64,000 nucleotides of DNA from Eukaryota sp. TZLM1-RC (GCA_040285825.1 JAUPSS010000004.1:6725784-6789783); one strand, 5' to 3'. Counted from the first letter of the stretch, positions 1-12,813 are shown. A program made the numbers and translations. Notes: generated by a model not told the origin, from the letters alone.

Positions 1-993
1 CGCCTGGGCTCAAATTCCGCTTTACTTGGCCTATTATAAGTTTTTCTTTCCTTCTGGGTAAACGTAAACCGCAAGGAATCACCATTCGAAAAAATGGTAT
101 AGTTAATAAATTTCGATTTATTAAAAAACCGATAAGGGTTGTTCAGAAGCTCTTTGTTTGCATTTAGTTTTGTGAAATAAGCTTCTGCTTCTTTAGTCAA
201 GCTGCAGAAGCACGGAGACCAACTGGACAGCGGAGAGAGAGTGCCTTTTCATCACATCAGGGCAGTTATCTTCTAAAAAAGATAAAATGTTCAAGCCAGA
301 TTGAACGATTGTTGCAGCAGACTCCATATTGATGGGAAACCGTTCGTTTCTTATTGAATTTTCGAACAAATTTTGACCGCCACCAATATAGGCGTTGGCT
401 GTCATATTGAGCCAATGGACCAAGATATGCTGGTGTATTTCTTGATACCATTGTAAAATTGACTCATCTGGCTGAATCCCTTGAAGTACACAGTCGGCGT
501 ATTTCTTGGGCCAGGGGCAATTTAGAAACTGGGCACAGCTTTTGAAAAAATTGCGTTTCCAGACGACAGGGCCGTCAGCAAGCAACTGACAAAAGGCTTC
601 TCGCAGTTGGATGGCTCGACTGCCAAGAAGAGTGGAAAGACACCAAAATCTACCACCGTCGGCTGAGGTGGTTTCATTCAGCGGTCGCCAGGGCCAAAAG
701 TGCTGAACAAGGTGTTGCAGCGCTTGGTAAACCAAAGGATGGTTTTCAAATGGCCTCCTTTGTTTAGGCTCACTTTGGCAAACAAAGTCGAAACAGAGGC
801 TCCAGAACTGGCTTTGAGTGAGCCACATTGAGTGTTCTGGGTATTGGAGCACAAAGAGTCGTGCTAGGTGAGTAGCATGAGCTCCAATACTAGCAAGAAC
901 TTGGAACTGGCGTTCCATAGCTTCTTGTGCCTCTGAGTCGAAGAACTGGTTGACAGACGCTCCCACAGTTGTAGTTTGTAGAACGTTATCCAT
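1..993 (-). pseudogene. Fanzor (TnpB-like) family A, copy A1; N-terminal half, runs off window start
   Basis: ORF 193..1089 (probable ATG 993, MDNVLQ) aligns by eye with the N-terminal region of 13491..14843 (AQFF..MERQF..LARLFVLQYPE..RPFENH..FCQLLADGPVVWKRNFF). Frameshift at TCTCTCTCC (~231-240); downstream frame continues NANKELLNNPYRFF..SNGDSLRFTF. Near-identical to 16101..17094. Confidence 0.75.
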
Positions 994-1342
994 GGCAGTC
1001 AACACAGAACGGAAACAGTCAGAAATGATTGAAAATTTGTTTCCTAAAATTGAAAATTTGTTGAAGTCAATCAATCTTATAGTTGTCAATTCAAAGTAAA
1101 GTTAGTTACAAGTGTTTATTAATGAGACATATCGTTCAAGATTACTTTCTGAATATTTTCCTTTCTTCAGACAAGAACTACATGTTACAAAAGTTGGTGA
1201 GTGGAGTTTGGTTGGGTTGTCATCATTGCCCAGATTCGTAATTGAATTTCATTTCATCACTTACAACATTTCATCACTTACTCTACTACGAACCTTCTCC
1301 TACGAATCCTTGCTTGCAGCTACTACCACTCTTTATGTCGGA
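1..1342. repeat. Duplicated segment matching 16101-17403 plus 17532-17570
   Basis: Base 1 cgcctgggctcaaatt matches 16101 and stays colinear to ...accttctcc(c)tac. It then jumps to an NCBP2 fragment (cttgcttgcagctact.ccactctttatgtcgga). Confidence 0.9.
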
Positions 1343-2971
1343 AATTGAGAATCACTTTTATTTTAAGTAAAGTTTTTTTTTCTTCCTTCCTCGCTGTTAC
1401 TACATTGTCATAGGTCCCTTCCCTCAAGTTCATGTTTTCATCCTCAGTTCCAAAACTTTTCCAAACACTGGTTTTCACTACTCAACACTGATTGTGACTT
1501 ATCCCATGCTTCGGCAATAGTAATCCTCCTTTGCTCAATTAAACCATCATTCATCACCCCATCATGGAATCATGATCGGCAACTAATTGTCTCCCTTTTG
1601 TACAAACTAACAACCTCAACCCTGCCCCACCCTTTCCTTCTTTCTTCGAACATAGTGTGTCAAGTTTCCTTTAGTGACAAATTGTAATTGTCACTGACAA
1701 TTACAACTCTGGACAATAACACAACCAACAGTCAAAACCAATCCCATTTATTCCAACACACCATCTGGTTCCTATTCCAATACTTTGCCTTGACTGCTCT
1801 ACTCTCTACATTTTTGCATCTTGCTTTGGAATCATTAATACACTCATCACTTCTACATTCCAGTAACCCATTGGATGCTTTCATTAGTGTTCTTTCAGTA
1901 TTTTTAGGAATTGGAATCGGGTTCTTTGTGGTTGTTCGTCTGCTCGTGATATCTTTCACTTAGCTTCTACTTTTGTTGATTTCGCCAAGTTGCCCAAGAG
2001 ATATAATTTGCAGCCTTGCATGAACATTTCCATGGCACAGAATTTCTTTCATGTCTGAATTTCTTTCATGTCTTTTTGAATATGATCTTCTCTCAATCTC
2101 TTGTTTATAAAAATAAGGAAAGAAGTACATAATTTTCAGGAAGAAACGACTGTATATGATGGCAAAACACTTGCATAAATAAGAACATGAACTTCAATGG
2201 ATTGAACCACTTGAAACAGTAACAAATTGTTACAAACAGCTAAGGTAATACCTTGTATCCGTGGGGATTTCGTAGTTTTGTCTAAACCAACTCTTGTCCG
2301 TACCCTGTTAATTCTTGCTCAAAATGCCGCATCGTTTTCAATTGCAAAGGAATGTGAACAATTGGTATTGTTGTGCCTGTCATTAATTGCAATTGTCTTT
2401 CACATAGAATCTTTTTAAGTCAAATAGAGTTAAATCAAAACGATGATTAACATTTCAGAGAGCTCTAACAGATTCAGGCCATATCTTGGAAATAGATTCA
2501 TCTTTCCAGCTCTCTAGTTTAAGAGAGCTTTATTCAAACCGTCAATCCTTATAGCTTGTAATAACACTTTATGGCTTGATGCAAAGAGTAATGATTTTGT
2601 TCATTTTATTCTTGGAAATTTAGATGCACATCATGTCAATCAAAAATGGGACCGAAAGAACTGATTTTTAGGGCTCATTGATATGATTTCAGATATTCTC
2701 TTCACTTATTTGGTGAAGCTTTATTATCGTCCTTTAATGGGTAAATACCTACAGAATGAACCCTTCGTATCAAAGCTTGTTAATCAGAACAAACTTCTAT
2801 TCTATATGTCGGGATAAGTTTTCTGATCAAAGTTGTCTTCTCTAATGGTGTTTGAGAATAATTGATGAAAGTGTTTGAAAAATGATCACTGTCAGAAAAT
2901 GCAATGAGTCAAATGAATAAATATTTATAAATAGAAATAAAACACAACTATACAATATCAATAAATAAAAA

Positions 2972-3616
2972 CTATCCCAATGCAATCTTAACAACCTTTT
3001 CAATCTCTTCTTCAGATGCTTTCATTTCGACAGACAAACGATGTCGAACAACAGGTTCAGGGACCTTCATTTTAAGCACCTTTATATATTTGGCATATTT
3101 TTCTTTAAGCATTTCTCTCTCCTGTTCCTCGGGATCTTCCTCAGGTTCAGGGGGAGGGGGAGGTGCAGCATCACCAGCAGGAGGAGCTGGGGGCATTGGA
3201 GGGGGTGGGGGACCACCAGTTGGAGGAGCTGGAGGAGCACCAGGAGCACCAGGAAGAGGAGGTGGGGGTGGTGGAGGGGGAGCGCCAGAGGGAGGACCAG
3301 CAGGGGGTGCAGCTGGAGGGGGTGGCGCAGCAGAAGTTGTTGGAGCAGTTTGGGATGGACGATCTTCAATAGACTCGAGTTTAGACTCAAGAATAGCCAG
3401 TAGTGCCTCTACAGACTGTCTTTTATTAGCAATCTCCGCTAGTCTATTTTCCACAGAAAGAGCAAAATTGTTGAGGAATTGGGTGTTATGTGAAACAAAA
3501 CGGTTAACAATGGAAAGAATCTCAGATTGATCTATGGGATCCAATGTTTTATAGTCAATGTGTGAGCGCAGAGATTCATTAGCTTGTGTCGGCTCCTGTA
3601 GAATTGATTCTTCCAT
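2972..3616 (-). CDS. WASHC3: WASH complex subunit 3 (CCDC53)
   Basis: IVNRFVSHNTQFLNNFALSVENRL..VEALLAILESKLESI coiled coil, proline-rich linker, C-terminal YAKYIKVLKMKVP motif; ATG at 3616. Confidence 0.88.
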   Translation of the reverse strand: MEESILQEPTQANESLRSHIDYKTLDPIDQSEILSIVNRFVSHNTQFLNNFALSVENRLAEIANKRQSVEALLAILESKLESIEDRPSQTAPTTSAAPPPPAAPPAGPPSGAPPPPPPPPLPGAPGAPPAPPTGGPPPPPMPPAPPAGDAAPPPPPEPEEDPEEQEREMLKEKYAKYIKVLKMKVPEPVVRHRLSVEMKASEEEIEKVVKIALG

Positions 3617-3689
3617 TCTTACAGGTTTTGTGCTATACACAAACTGATATAGTGATGAAAAGGATCTGAGTTTGTCTGGAAGACAGAAT

Positions 3690-4870
3690 TCTTCATTTCA
3701 TTTCAAAAGTTATGTCTGTTATCATAACTTGTCAATGATTTCTGCAGCAAATTTTGGAGATATTTGATTTACAAAATCTTATATTTTGGGCCAAGCAGTT
3801 GTTTTTCGGTGGAGGCAAAAGTTTCATTTATGAATTTTAGATTTCCTGAAGATTCTCAATTGTACCCGAATACCAGTGCGTATTTCAATAAGTTATCTTC
3901 TGTACTTGAAAGATTACCACCACAAATCTGAACCAAATGTTTCCCCAATCTATTCCACAAATTTCGGACAGATATCCTTTCAATTTGTAGTTTTGTTATA
4001 AACAACTTCAACAAAAACTGTCGACTATTTTTGATAGATTGGATTTTGATGTTAAACTTGGCCATGAAAAAGAATCCCGCTTTTGCCAATTTTTTACAAG
4101 ATAAGTACGATAGTACATCTTCTGCTTTAATAACAACCATTCCTCAAGTTTTTGGAACTCTCTTAACTGATTCTACTTGGACTTTGAATATGAGACTTCG
4201 TTTCTTTATTTGACCTAAAAATTGACCTCCTAATTTTATTTGCAAACGCAGTCGAAAAATTACAATCACTCAGTGTTAAATTGTAAACATTTTATTAAAA
4301 AGGCCAATTATATTGTATGAGTAAGTCTCATAGAATTGAATCTTATTTGGAACCTCTGTTGTCAAATCTTTTCGATGCTGAAGATGATTTCCATAAGAAT
4401 GACAGAGGTGATGTCATATTACCTGGATTAGATGAAACCTTCATTTCAGTGGATGTAATGTTTGTTGATCCTTGTAATTCCTCAAATGAAAGGCTTGTTA
4501 ATTCTGAAATTCATAATCCTCTTTCAAATGCTGAAAATTTTAAAATCAAAATATACAATGAACCTTTGTCCAAATTGTCCACCCAACAGCATGCAAAATA
4601 CAATTTGTATCCATTTGTATTTTCTTTATTTGGTTCACTTGCTGCAACTACTCTACACTTTTTGGCAGATTTAGAAATGATTGTAAAGAGAAGAACCAAC
4701 AGAAATTTCCACAGATTGTTTTGGCAAAATAGAATTGTGTTTTCTATTTTTAAGGGGATGTTGAAGATGGTTTCTGATGCTTTGGTTTCTCTTTGATCTC
4801 ACTATGAGAGAGTTGCATCTTGTTGTTTTGTATTGGGAAAGATGGATTATTTAGATGTTGATTTGTAAGA
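3690..4870 (+). mobile_element. Degraded 3' part of CRE-like non-LTR retrotransposon (subfamily 1)
   Basis: ORF 4317..4796 (RGDVILPGLD..DV..AENFKIKIY, restriction-like endonuclease) and upstream DNA colinear with 46600-47790; many stops and frameshifts. Confidence 0.9.
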
Positions 4871-4904
4871 TGTTTAATAATTTTTTTATGTAAAAAAGGA
4901 AAGA

Positions 4905-5065
4905 AGTAACTCAGAAACTAGTTTCACCATTCCCTTATAAATTGAAGACACAATCGTGTTTTGCCAGTAAACGCGATTGAAAATCCTTGACAACATCACT
5001 GCCAATTTTTTCCACATTTCTACTGGGTTAGAATCACCCACAACAGTTTTAAGAGGCTCAATCAC
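4905..5065 (-). mobile_element. Short 3' fragment of CRE-like element (subfamily 2-like)
   Basis: ttttgccagtaaacgcgattgaaaat and ccattccc match 32215-32280 (FNRVYWQNRIVF). Confidence 0.65.
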
Positions 5066-5938
5066 GTTTGTTTCATTGTCTTATCTGAACCATTTTTTGG
5101 AAGTCGCTAAAAAATTCGTGCTTCTTCTGACAGTCTATTCTTTATTGAACATGAAAAAACTAATAGAAGCAAGTTGTTCATTACCATCAGCAAATTTCTC
5201 TTCAAAATAGAACAACTCAAAAACTATAGGATTTAACTTAGTTCTCTGTGCTAAAATGTCATTGGAACCAACACAGGCGGCGGTTAACAGAAGCTTCAGA
5301 ACTATCAATCCAATCACACCCAATCGCACTAAATATTACCTCAAAAACATCAATCTCAATCTCATCAATCACAGAAAGATTCGCAACGACATTCTCCTCG
5401 ATTAACAATGAAAAATGCAGCAAGTGTACAAAAGCAAAATTAACTAATTAAATTGACAATGTTTTTGAAGGACTCAAAACTAGCACCAAAGACGTTGTGT
5501 TTTGCTTGGCAGTACACCAAAAGAGAACATCAATGTCCTGTAGACACTAAGAAAATTATTTGAAGACAGATGGACCCAAAGAAAACTACTGACAAATGAA
5601 GAGAGTTGAGAGCTCTCAACAATAGTGCTGGAACATATACAAGTAAGGAACATATAATATACATGATGGTATGAGTGTTGTTGTTGCTTATACTATCATT
5701 TGGTTGTGATATCATGTAGTTAGAGAGCCAATGTATGGCTACTTCCAACTAGATTTTGCATGTTGGTGATGAAAGTGGTGTATCTGGAAAAAAGTTAACC
5801 TACATCAAAACTTCTTTTGTCAAGAAAAACTATGAATAAACAATAGACAAGGGAAGCAATGAAAGAATGGTAATGAAGATAGCAGAAGGAACGAAAAGAT
5901 CAAGTTATCAATGCAATTCCCTTTCATCTCTCTCCAGA

Positions 5939-6451
5939 ATGGCACAAGCCTCAAAGCCGCCTCAAAATGATGTTCCTGTTTCTTTTCCTGTTTTCAAGTT
6001 GATACCGTCTCCTGCCTATGATTTAGAAAAACAACAAGAGGCCCAGCAAGTATTGGACTTTCTGATATCTCGACGGCTGAGTCCATTTTTCATAAGTTCA
6101 GATAGATCTACCACAGATCATTTTCAGCGTTATTCGAATAAGTATTTCACACGTACAAGTGATTCAGGAGAACTTTTGGATTACATTAAGCCAATACTTA
6201 ATTCCAATTTTTACCCACCGGAATTAATCTCTCTGCGAAAACCAAAACCTAGAAAACACACTGACAGTAGCAATGACTTGACATTAGATGAAATTCAGCA
6301 TCAAGAGGAGACTAGTGAAGCAGAATTAGATTTAAACGCTGAACTCAATTCTGCTGATGATGCTGATGATTATGGAACCGTCTATCAAGACTTTGAAGAC
6401 GGTGATGATGTGGGGAGAATGTCTGGAGGGGAAGATGAACCAGCATTTTAA
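5939..6451 (+). CDS. RPC31: RNA polymerase III subunit C31 (RPC7/POLR3G-like)
   Basis: FP..SPFF..FQRYSNKY..YPPEL core and acidic tail ending DDYGTVYQDFEDGDD..DEPAF, typical of Rpc31; ATG at 5939. Confidence 0.8.
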   Translation: MAQASKPPQNDVPVSFPVFKLIPSPAYDLEKQQEAQQVLDFLISRRLSPFFISSDRSTTDHFQRYSNKYFTRTSDSGELLDYIKPILNSNFYPPELISLRKPKPRKHTDSSNDLTLDEIQHQEETSEAELDLNAELNSADDADDYGTVYQDFEDGDDVGRMSGGEDEPAF

Positions 6452-6564
6452 AAATGAAATAGTGTGTTTATTAAATGTTATCTAATACAATATTAATGCA
6501 CATTCCGTATACAAAACTGATCCGAGTTTTGCATTCAAATAAATCAAAAATAACTTGCAAGATC

Positions 6565-7101
6565 TTATTGCAACAATCCCAAAAAGGGAAGAGCAGCAGT
6601 TCCCACTGCCTGTATCGATAAAACCCCTGTATTACTGTCAGAAGAGACAGTTGTGCTGGAAATGCGGACACGGAGCTCGCTTCCATATTGAATCCGTGTT
6701 CCTGTGTCTGAAGATACCCACGCCGGTGGACTTGTTGAAGGATCAAATTCAAAACCTTTGGGAAGATTTAACCGATGAATGAAGATTCGTAGGGGGCCAA
6801 CAGAAACATGGATGCCTTCAGAAGCAGTTCCGATGACGTGGCCGTCTACAACTTCATTCTTAAACGGCTTAAACACCAGTGCACGAAAGTGTACAGTGAA
6901 GACAACATCACCTGTATCAGGAGAGACCCGTCCTTGCCCCACGCTGTCCAAGCCTAAAAGCATTAAAATGTAACCATATGTGCTGTTAACTTTCCCTTCT
7001 ATCGCCTCCCTAAGTTTCAGTTCTAAAGTGTCACGAAGTTTGTTGGTCAAAGCCTTGGGAGGCAGATTGAGATTATATTTCAAGGATACTTGAAAGAACA
7101 T
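6565..7101 (-). CDS. RPB7: RNA polymerase II subunit RPB7
   Basis: MFF..EGKVNSTYGYI..GQGRV..FRALVFKPFKNEVVDG..VGPLRIFI..FLGL. Confidence 0.96.
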   Translation of the reverse strand: MFFQVSLKYNLNLPPKALTNKLRDTLELKLREAIEGKVNSTYGYILMLLGLDSVGQGRVSPDTGDVVFTVHFRALVFKPFKNEVVDGHVIGTASEGIHVSVGPLRIFIHRLNLPKGFEFDPSTSPPAWVSSDTGTRIQYGSELRVRISSTTVSSDSNTGVLSIQAVGTAALPFLGLLQ

Positions 7102-7979
7102 TATGTAAAGTATACCTCTTCAGAAAGAGAGGAGTGGTTAACAAAAAAACCTCAACAAAGTTTTTTTTGCCCAAAATCATTCGTGATTTCATCAACTCTT
7201 CGTTCTTGTTTTATAGGCTATATAATGTATAATTTGTTTCCTAGTAAACAGAAACTTATTGCAGAAACAAGAACAATGAAATTGTAGAAATAATTAAACT
7301 CAAACTTAAGATCTGTTTGAGCTTATGTCAATGGCCAATTAAGCTGTATTGTAATCTAAAGAAGTGTATTATCTTCACTGGTTTCAGAGATGTAAGCTGT
7401 TTGACGAATCAGAAAGTGTAAATAAAATTGGGTATATGTGAAGCACTTTTCTAAAAGGGTATGCATTTACTTTCCCCTATATATAAATACTGTTCATTTA
7501 TCTTTAAATTTCAATAAACAATTGCAGTGTAAGCATCAAAAATAAATTGTTGCAAACTCAAAATGTGAAACAAAAATAGTTTAGCAAGCTAAAAATTTTC
7601 AAAAACAAATCAACAAAAACTACATCGCCATCATCATATTTGTTTCCTTATCCTTCCGTTTCCATATCTTCTTTGTTTTGTATATGTCTCCAGTTTGCAA
7701 CAATGGGAAAAGAATTAATTCAAATCAATTTTGGATGTAAAATCTGGGGAAAAAGAGTATGAATAAATATAAATTAAATTTATATTTGTTTGTTTAAAAT
7801 AAAATGAAGGAAAAACGTGAGTAATGTTTACTATCTTTTTAAAGAAATAAAAATATTTTTCCGATATGAGAAATGTGCCAAAAATAAACAGAATAGACTA
7901 AAAATTAAATTTATTTGTTCCCATTCCTGCCAGTATATAGCAGTAAGTGTGAAATAAACAAAACCCTAGATCATGAAGA

Positions 7980-8350
7980 ATTTCTATATTGCCTCGAGGC
8001 AAAAAAACCACTTATTCCTCTCCATGTTTGAGCTTTTGACTTCAACAAAAAATTAACAGTCATGAAATTGCGAAGATTCATTTCCACAGAGAGGTTTGCA
8101 AAATGGATGAATGAATTTGAAAATTTGTTTGGAGGGCCAAAAATTAACATTGTACTGCTGGGTGATTGGAAGCAAACCAATTATAGGCATCAAGCACCTA
8201 CAGATAATGCTGGTTATCGAAAGATGTTTAAAAAACGTAACTTCCGTCTAATGCTGCTGGATGAATATAGAACAAGTTGCTGATGTCATGCATGTGCACT
8301 TGAGGGAAAAGAAGGTGAAAATATAATGAAAAATCGAGGACCCAACCCAA
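7980..8350 (+). pseudogene. Fanzor2-type RuvC-II fragment (family E)
   Basis: KLRRFISTER..FGGP..IVLLGDWKQ..APT..GYRKMFKKRNFRLMLLDEYRTSC*CHAC: GDW, DEYRTS and CxxC motifs of Fanzor2; internal stop; truncated. Confidence 0.8.
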
Positions 8351-8535
8351 GAACTTACACGATTGATGTTTTGGATCAATATATAGCCAATAAATGGTCA
8401 ATGTCTGACCATAATAATAAATAATAATACCATAATAATAATAGATATAGTTTTGAAAAAATTGATAAATTTCATCTTCATATTCCAGTAATCTCAACGG
8501 GTTACTACTATTTGACATTAGTGTGCTGCTAGCCG

Positions 8536-9693
8536 ATGTCAATTACCACTGAGTTACTTCGTAAACGCGCCGAGCACAATGATGGTTGTCTCCGTACTCT
8601 TAGGGAAGTTACTCTACATCAACAGAACCTCCAGCGCATTGATACTGTTGGTACACTTTGTAAGCAGCTCGAAATACTCTTTCTCCAATGTAACTATATC
8701 ACCAAGATAGAAAATCTGTATCCTCTCAAGCGTCTCCGCTATCTTAATCTCGCCGTGAATGGTATAACTACAATAGAAAATCTTGACAGGTGCGAATCTT
8801 TAGAAAAGTTGGATTTTACAGCGAATTTTATTGACAATATTATATCCATACAAAGTTTACGTGATTTGTTTAACCTAAAGGAAGTGTATCTTGTTGGTAA
8901 TCCTATCTGTGAATTTGATCACTATAGATTATTTATAATTTCACAGCTGCCTCAACTACTTAAACTAGATGGGACAGAGATTCAAAATACAGAAAGACTT
9001 GCGGCGAAATGTTCAAAAGACAAACTGTTGCTGCAAGCTAAACAATGGTATGATCACAGAACATTAATAGGGTTAGCCGGAAAGCGTCCACCAAACTGGA
9101 AAGATATGCATAAAGATGCAAATATAAACATTGGAAAGTCCACAAAAAGCAACTTTGAAACAAACACACTTTCATATGATGAGATTCGAATGAAGACACC
9201 TCCACTACAAAGGGATGGTAAAATAGTTCAGGTCAACCAACCAAGAGTTGACTTCAGATTATACGAAGAGTTTGAGGACAAGGAAGTGTCTGTAGGATCT
9301 GTGATTGTTCTCGAAGTTCATATTTCAAAATTTGTATCTACCTCGCTCATTGATGTAGATGTACAACCCTTGTACGTAGAAGTACGCATTAAAGGAGCTC
9401 TGGTGAGAGTGGCTCTCAGTGAGGAAGTGTTTGTACAGAATTCAGAAGTAGTGAGATCCACATCAACTGGAAATCTTGTGGTTCGAATGCCCAAAGTTAC
9501 ACCTGTTGACAGCATAATAGAGATTCAGCAGCCACCAAAACGGATTTGTATAGGTAAGAGCAGGTCTATAATGACCCGTTTTCAAGAGGATCAACTCTTT
9601 TTGAAAGAAGTATCTACCATTGAACAGAATGCTAATGATGAACAATACCCAGATGATGATGATTCTGATAATGATTTGCCTCCATTAGAATAA
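8536..9693 (+). CDS. DNAAF11: Dynein axonemal assembly factor 11 (LRRC6/tilB)
   Basis: ITTELLRKRAEHNDG..EVTLHQQ, SDS22-type LRRs, LRRcap (GNPIC..YR), QVNQPRVDF, C-terminal CS-like domain (IDVDVQP.YV), ends LPPLE. Confidence 0.93.
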   Translation: MSITTELLRKRAEHNDGCLRTLREVTLHQQNLQRIDTVGTLCKQLEILFLQCNYITKIENLYPLKRLRYLNLAVNGITTIENLDRCESLEKLDFTANFIDNIISIQSLRDLFNLKEVYLVGNPICEFDHYRLFIISQLPQLLKLDGTEIQNTERLAAKCSKDKLLLQAKQWYDHRTLIGLAGKRPPNWKDMHKDANINIGKSTKSNFETNTLSYDEIRMKTPPLQRDGKIVQVNQPRVDFRLYEEFEDKEVSVGSVIVLEVHISKFVSTSLIDVDVQPLYVEVRIKGALVRVALSEEVFVQNSEVVRSTSTGNLVVRMPKVTPVDSIIEIQQPPKRICIGKSRSIMTRFQEDQLFLKEVSTIEQNANDEQYPDDDDSDNDLPPLE

Positions 9694-10843
9694 AATCATA
9701 GGACTGTTCCAGTATGGTTAGGTTCGGTACACATAGAATGTGGAATCTGAATGGAATAGAACAAGTTCCAACCCAGTCAATAAATCAGAACTATATTTTA
9801 AATATAATTGAACTAATTTTCTAAATATCTATCACATTTTTCCTAAGAGACAACCGCTTCATCACTTTAAACCCAAAGCTGATGGCAGTTGTCCAAGGGC
9901 TGGATATTGCTTGTGTTTTCAAAAAAAGAAAATGTTGATACTTGGTGATCTGCAAGATGGTGATATGTCTGCAAATTTTGTACTACTTATAAAAGCATAT
10001 AGTTTTCCGAGGAAGAGTTAGTTTGATCACGAAGATACAATATTAGACTATCTTTTGATTTTGTATAAAACCCTTGGACTTAAACAGGTACAAATCTTAA
10101 CAACTAACAGCTTTAATCATTTGCTTTATTTTTTTTTCTCAACATTTCCGTAATTCTATACAAATTATACAATCAACTGTGTAGGAGATGAGGTAAGTTA
10201 TTACACAAAGGTATTTAATAACCACAGTCATATTGTTATCTCGGTGAGGGAGATTGCTGATTCATATACATCTTTGAGAACTTTATCTTTAAATAAATAT
10301 CGCAAATTCTGTTTTAATAAAAAATACCAAAAAAAGTTTCACTAAATTACTATGGGTTAGAAATTGCTAAGGGTTTCGAGTATTCCGACTGTAATTAAAT
10401 AGCCTGGTTGAGATGGCTTTTGGAAAATTCCCCGAGAGAGAATATCTACCGAATAAGGAGTTCTAAACCGGTCAAAATCAAGAGAAGAAAGGTAAAAACC
10501 ATCGAAAGTGGTGTCAACATCAAGTACTCCATTCTCAATCAAAAATTGGTGGAAATTTTCCAATTTCTGAGCATTAAAACCTGATTATAAATAAACCAAC
10601 TGCAATGGACAGTGAAAAAAACAATATTAAGATAAGATATACTAATAAAGATGAAACTAAAACAGACTCCACAACAATAGAATCTTGAAAAAACAATTCT
10701 AAAAAAGACTGAGGAACTGAGACAACACCAGATCCCGCCCATCAGCAGAGTAGACCAAGTACCAATAAATTAGTCTTCTTAAGAGAAAAGGTTTGCGCAA
10801 AGTTTGACGACAACTTGGAACACCTATACTACTACCACAAATG

Positions 10844-11653
10844 CTACTTGGAAAGGTCCTCAATGTTGATCAATTCTTCAATGATTTTAGTTGCCCTTGT
10901 CAGTTTACAAGATAATTCACCCTTTCCTTCAACAGATACTTCCAAAGTAACTGCATTGAGCCATGAACCAATGAATTGATTGATTGACCCCATTACGTGA
11001 TCTGATAAGGGAGTTTCTGTATAAATAAAGAAAGGAACTAATGAAAAGACAACACAGGTTTGGCTTGATAGAGCAGTTTGTAGAATGTTGTCAAGAGATT
11101 GTTTTAACCTAAACGATATTGTTTTCAAAGCAAAGTGAGAAGGAAATAGGAAAGAATTAAATAAAATATTGTTGATACCTTGGAGAACCAAGAGTCCAAA
11201 AGAAGTATTGTTCATTGCAACACTGGCATCTTGTAGCAATTGGGGGGAATTAACCATTAGCACACTGATATTCAACAAAGCCTGCTGAAGTTCAAACTCT
11301 GCTTCCTCTGTGTTGGGGAAGTAATGAGAACAGAGACGTTGTAATAGATAGTAATATGACATGTAAGGAAAGCATTGATCAGTTGTGAGAACGAGCACCC
11401 GCTTTCCCTGCTTTCCACATGGCTTGGCAACTGCGAAGTGACAGACTAAGCGGGTAATAAAAGTAGAAGAAACAGATGTAAAGTCACTTTTGATGTTTAT
11501 GACATCAGTGCAAGACACAGAATGACCAGGGAGCACATTGGGTTCAGTGGCACTGGAGGATGGGTTCAAAGAAGATTTAGGCACAAATTTGAGAAGTGAA
11601 GACGCATCCTCATTACATTGAAGAACGTTGCTAATAGTCTGTGGCGAATACAT
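10844..11653 (-). CDS. Divergent RAD51 paralog (XRCC2-like) with degenerate Walker A
   Basis: VINI..STFITRLVCHFAVAKPCGKQGKRVLVLTTDQCF..LLQRL..ALLNISVLMVNS resembles the XRCC2 RecA-fold segment; no GKT motif. Confidence 0.5.
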   Translation of the reverse strand: MYSPQTISNVLQCNEDASSLLKFVPKSSLNPSSSATEPNVLPGHSVSCTDVINIKSDFTSVSSTFITRLVCHFAVAKPCGKQGKRVLVLTTDQCFPYMSYYYLLQRLCSHYFPNTEEAEFELQQALLNISVLMVNSPQLLQDASVAMNNTSFGLLVLQGINNILFNSFLFPSHFALKTISFRLKQSLDNILQTALSSQTCVVFSLVPFFIYTETPLSDHVMGSINQFIGSWLNAVTLEVSVEGKGELSCKLTRATKIIEELINIEDLSK

Positions 11654-11713
11654 CCCTGAGAATTTCACAGAGTGAATATTGAATAAATATCCCTAATGTA
11701 ATTTTCATTCTAA

Positions 11714-11914
11714 ATGCATACTCTCTCTACTCTTTCCACAATAAATGTTAGTCATTCATTAAACAAAAACGCTTCTGTCCCTAGCGTTTTACTTGGTTTG
11801 AAGCTTTCTAATGGCATCTCGAAAGAAAATTTTAACATTGAGCTAAACGAACGAGAGCTGGAAGCTCTTCTCAATACTGTTGGAGATATCTCTGTTCATT
11901 TAAACAATCTGTAA
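11714..11914 (+). CDS. COMM-domain-only protein (COMMD6-like)
   Basis: VSHSLNKNASVPSVLLGLKLSNG..FNIELNERELEALLNTVGDI matches the COMM-domain pattern; divergent from the upstream gene; followed by AATAAA. Confidence 0.6.
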   Translation: MHTLSTLSTINVSHSLNKNASVPSVLLGLKLSNGISKENFNIELNERELEALLNTVGDISVHLNNL

Positions 11915-12813
11915 TAAAGTAAGTTATTTTGTAAATAAATAATTGATGTTTTTTGTTGTTTATTTGAACATTATTAGCACGTTATTATGCTAAGAAGCTC
12001 CTGAACTGTGTGTTCTAGGTTTTCTGTGTTTTATGTCTACACCATTAAGTAAAAGTTGAAAACTAAGGCCCATAAATGTCGTAGGGAGAAACCAGACGTT
12101 GGTGCAAGATCTGGTTGGTGAAAAAAATACACCAAAATGCAATTAAAGTGAAAACCACAGTAAATTTTATTGAACAATTTTAGTGAATAACAGTTTTTTT
12201 GGACAATAGCTGAAAGCACCGTGGCATGAGATAAGAAAGAGTGGTGATTAGACTAGTAGAAAGCAAAAACTAAGGCAGGGGAAGTATGAGGGGGATTAGA
12301 GTCAGGGTGGCTGGTGAGGGGGATTTTTATCCACCCTGAAAGACCACCATAAGTAAATTTTGTTTCTTCAATTTCTTTTTGGTTCTTCATTGTTACATTG
12401 TTTCTCATTTTTCAACGTGACATTTACAACTAAATATTCATTGAATGTACTTTCTACTCCTGGTAAACCTTTGCTGACGAACAATATTGAGAGTCTCGAA
12501 TTTACTTTCAAAGACTGTGCATTTTACGTCCTTAAAATATTCGTACTGCATCTTTTCTATTACAGCATATCGTGCATGGTTGTCTGATGAAAAAGACTAA
12601 TATTGATACCATGTGTGGTGACTTAAAAGTTTTAGAAACTCAGATGATTCAAATTAATAAGCTGACCACAACGGCAAATTAAATCATTTGGCACACTGCA
12701 TGGACGCAGACAACACCTCATCCTTAGGGCAGTTGTTTAATGATAATGCTCAATATAAAATGACAATATGAAATGACTGTTTCTAAATACATCACAAATT
12801 GATGAAGTCTTTA

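Noticed and set aside
1400-2140. Possible decayed RanBP2-type zinc-finger gene on minus strand (WKCSCKAAN)
   Set aside because: Too many stops for a supportable call.
3041-3530. Several overlapping Gly/Arg/Gln-rich ORFs
   Set aside because: Shadow frames of the proline-rich WASHC3 linker.
5100-5870. Hydrophobic minus-strand ORF pieces, possible membrane protein
   Set aside because: No coherent gene model or recognisable motif.
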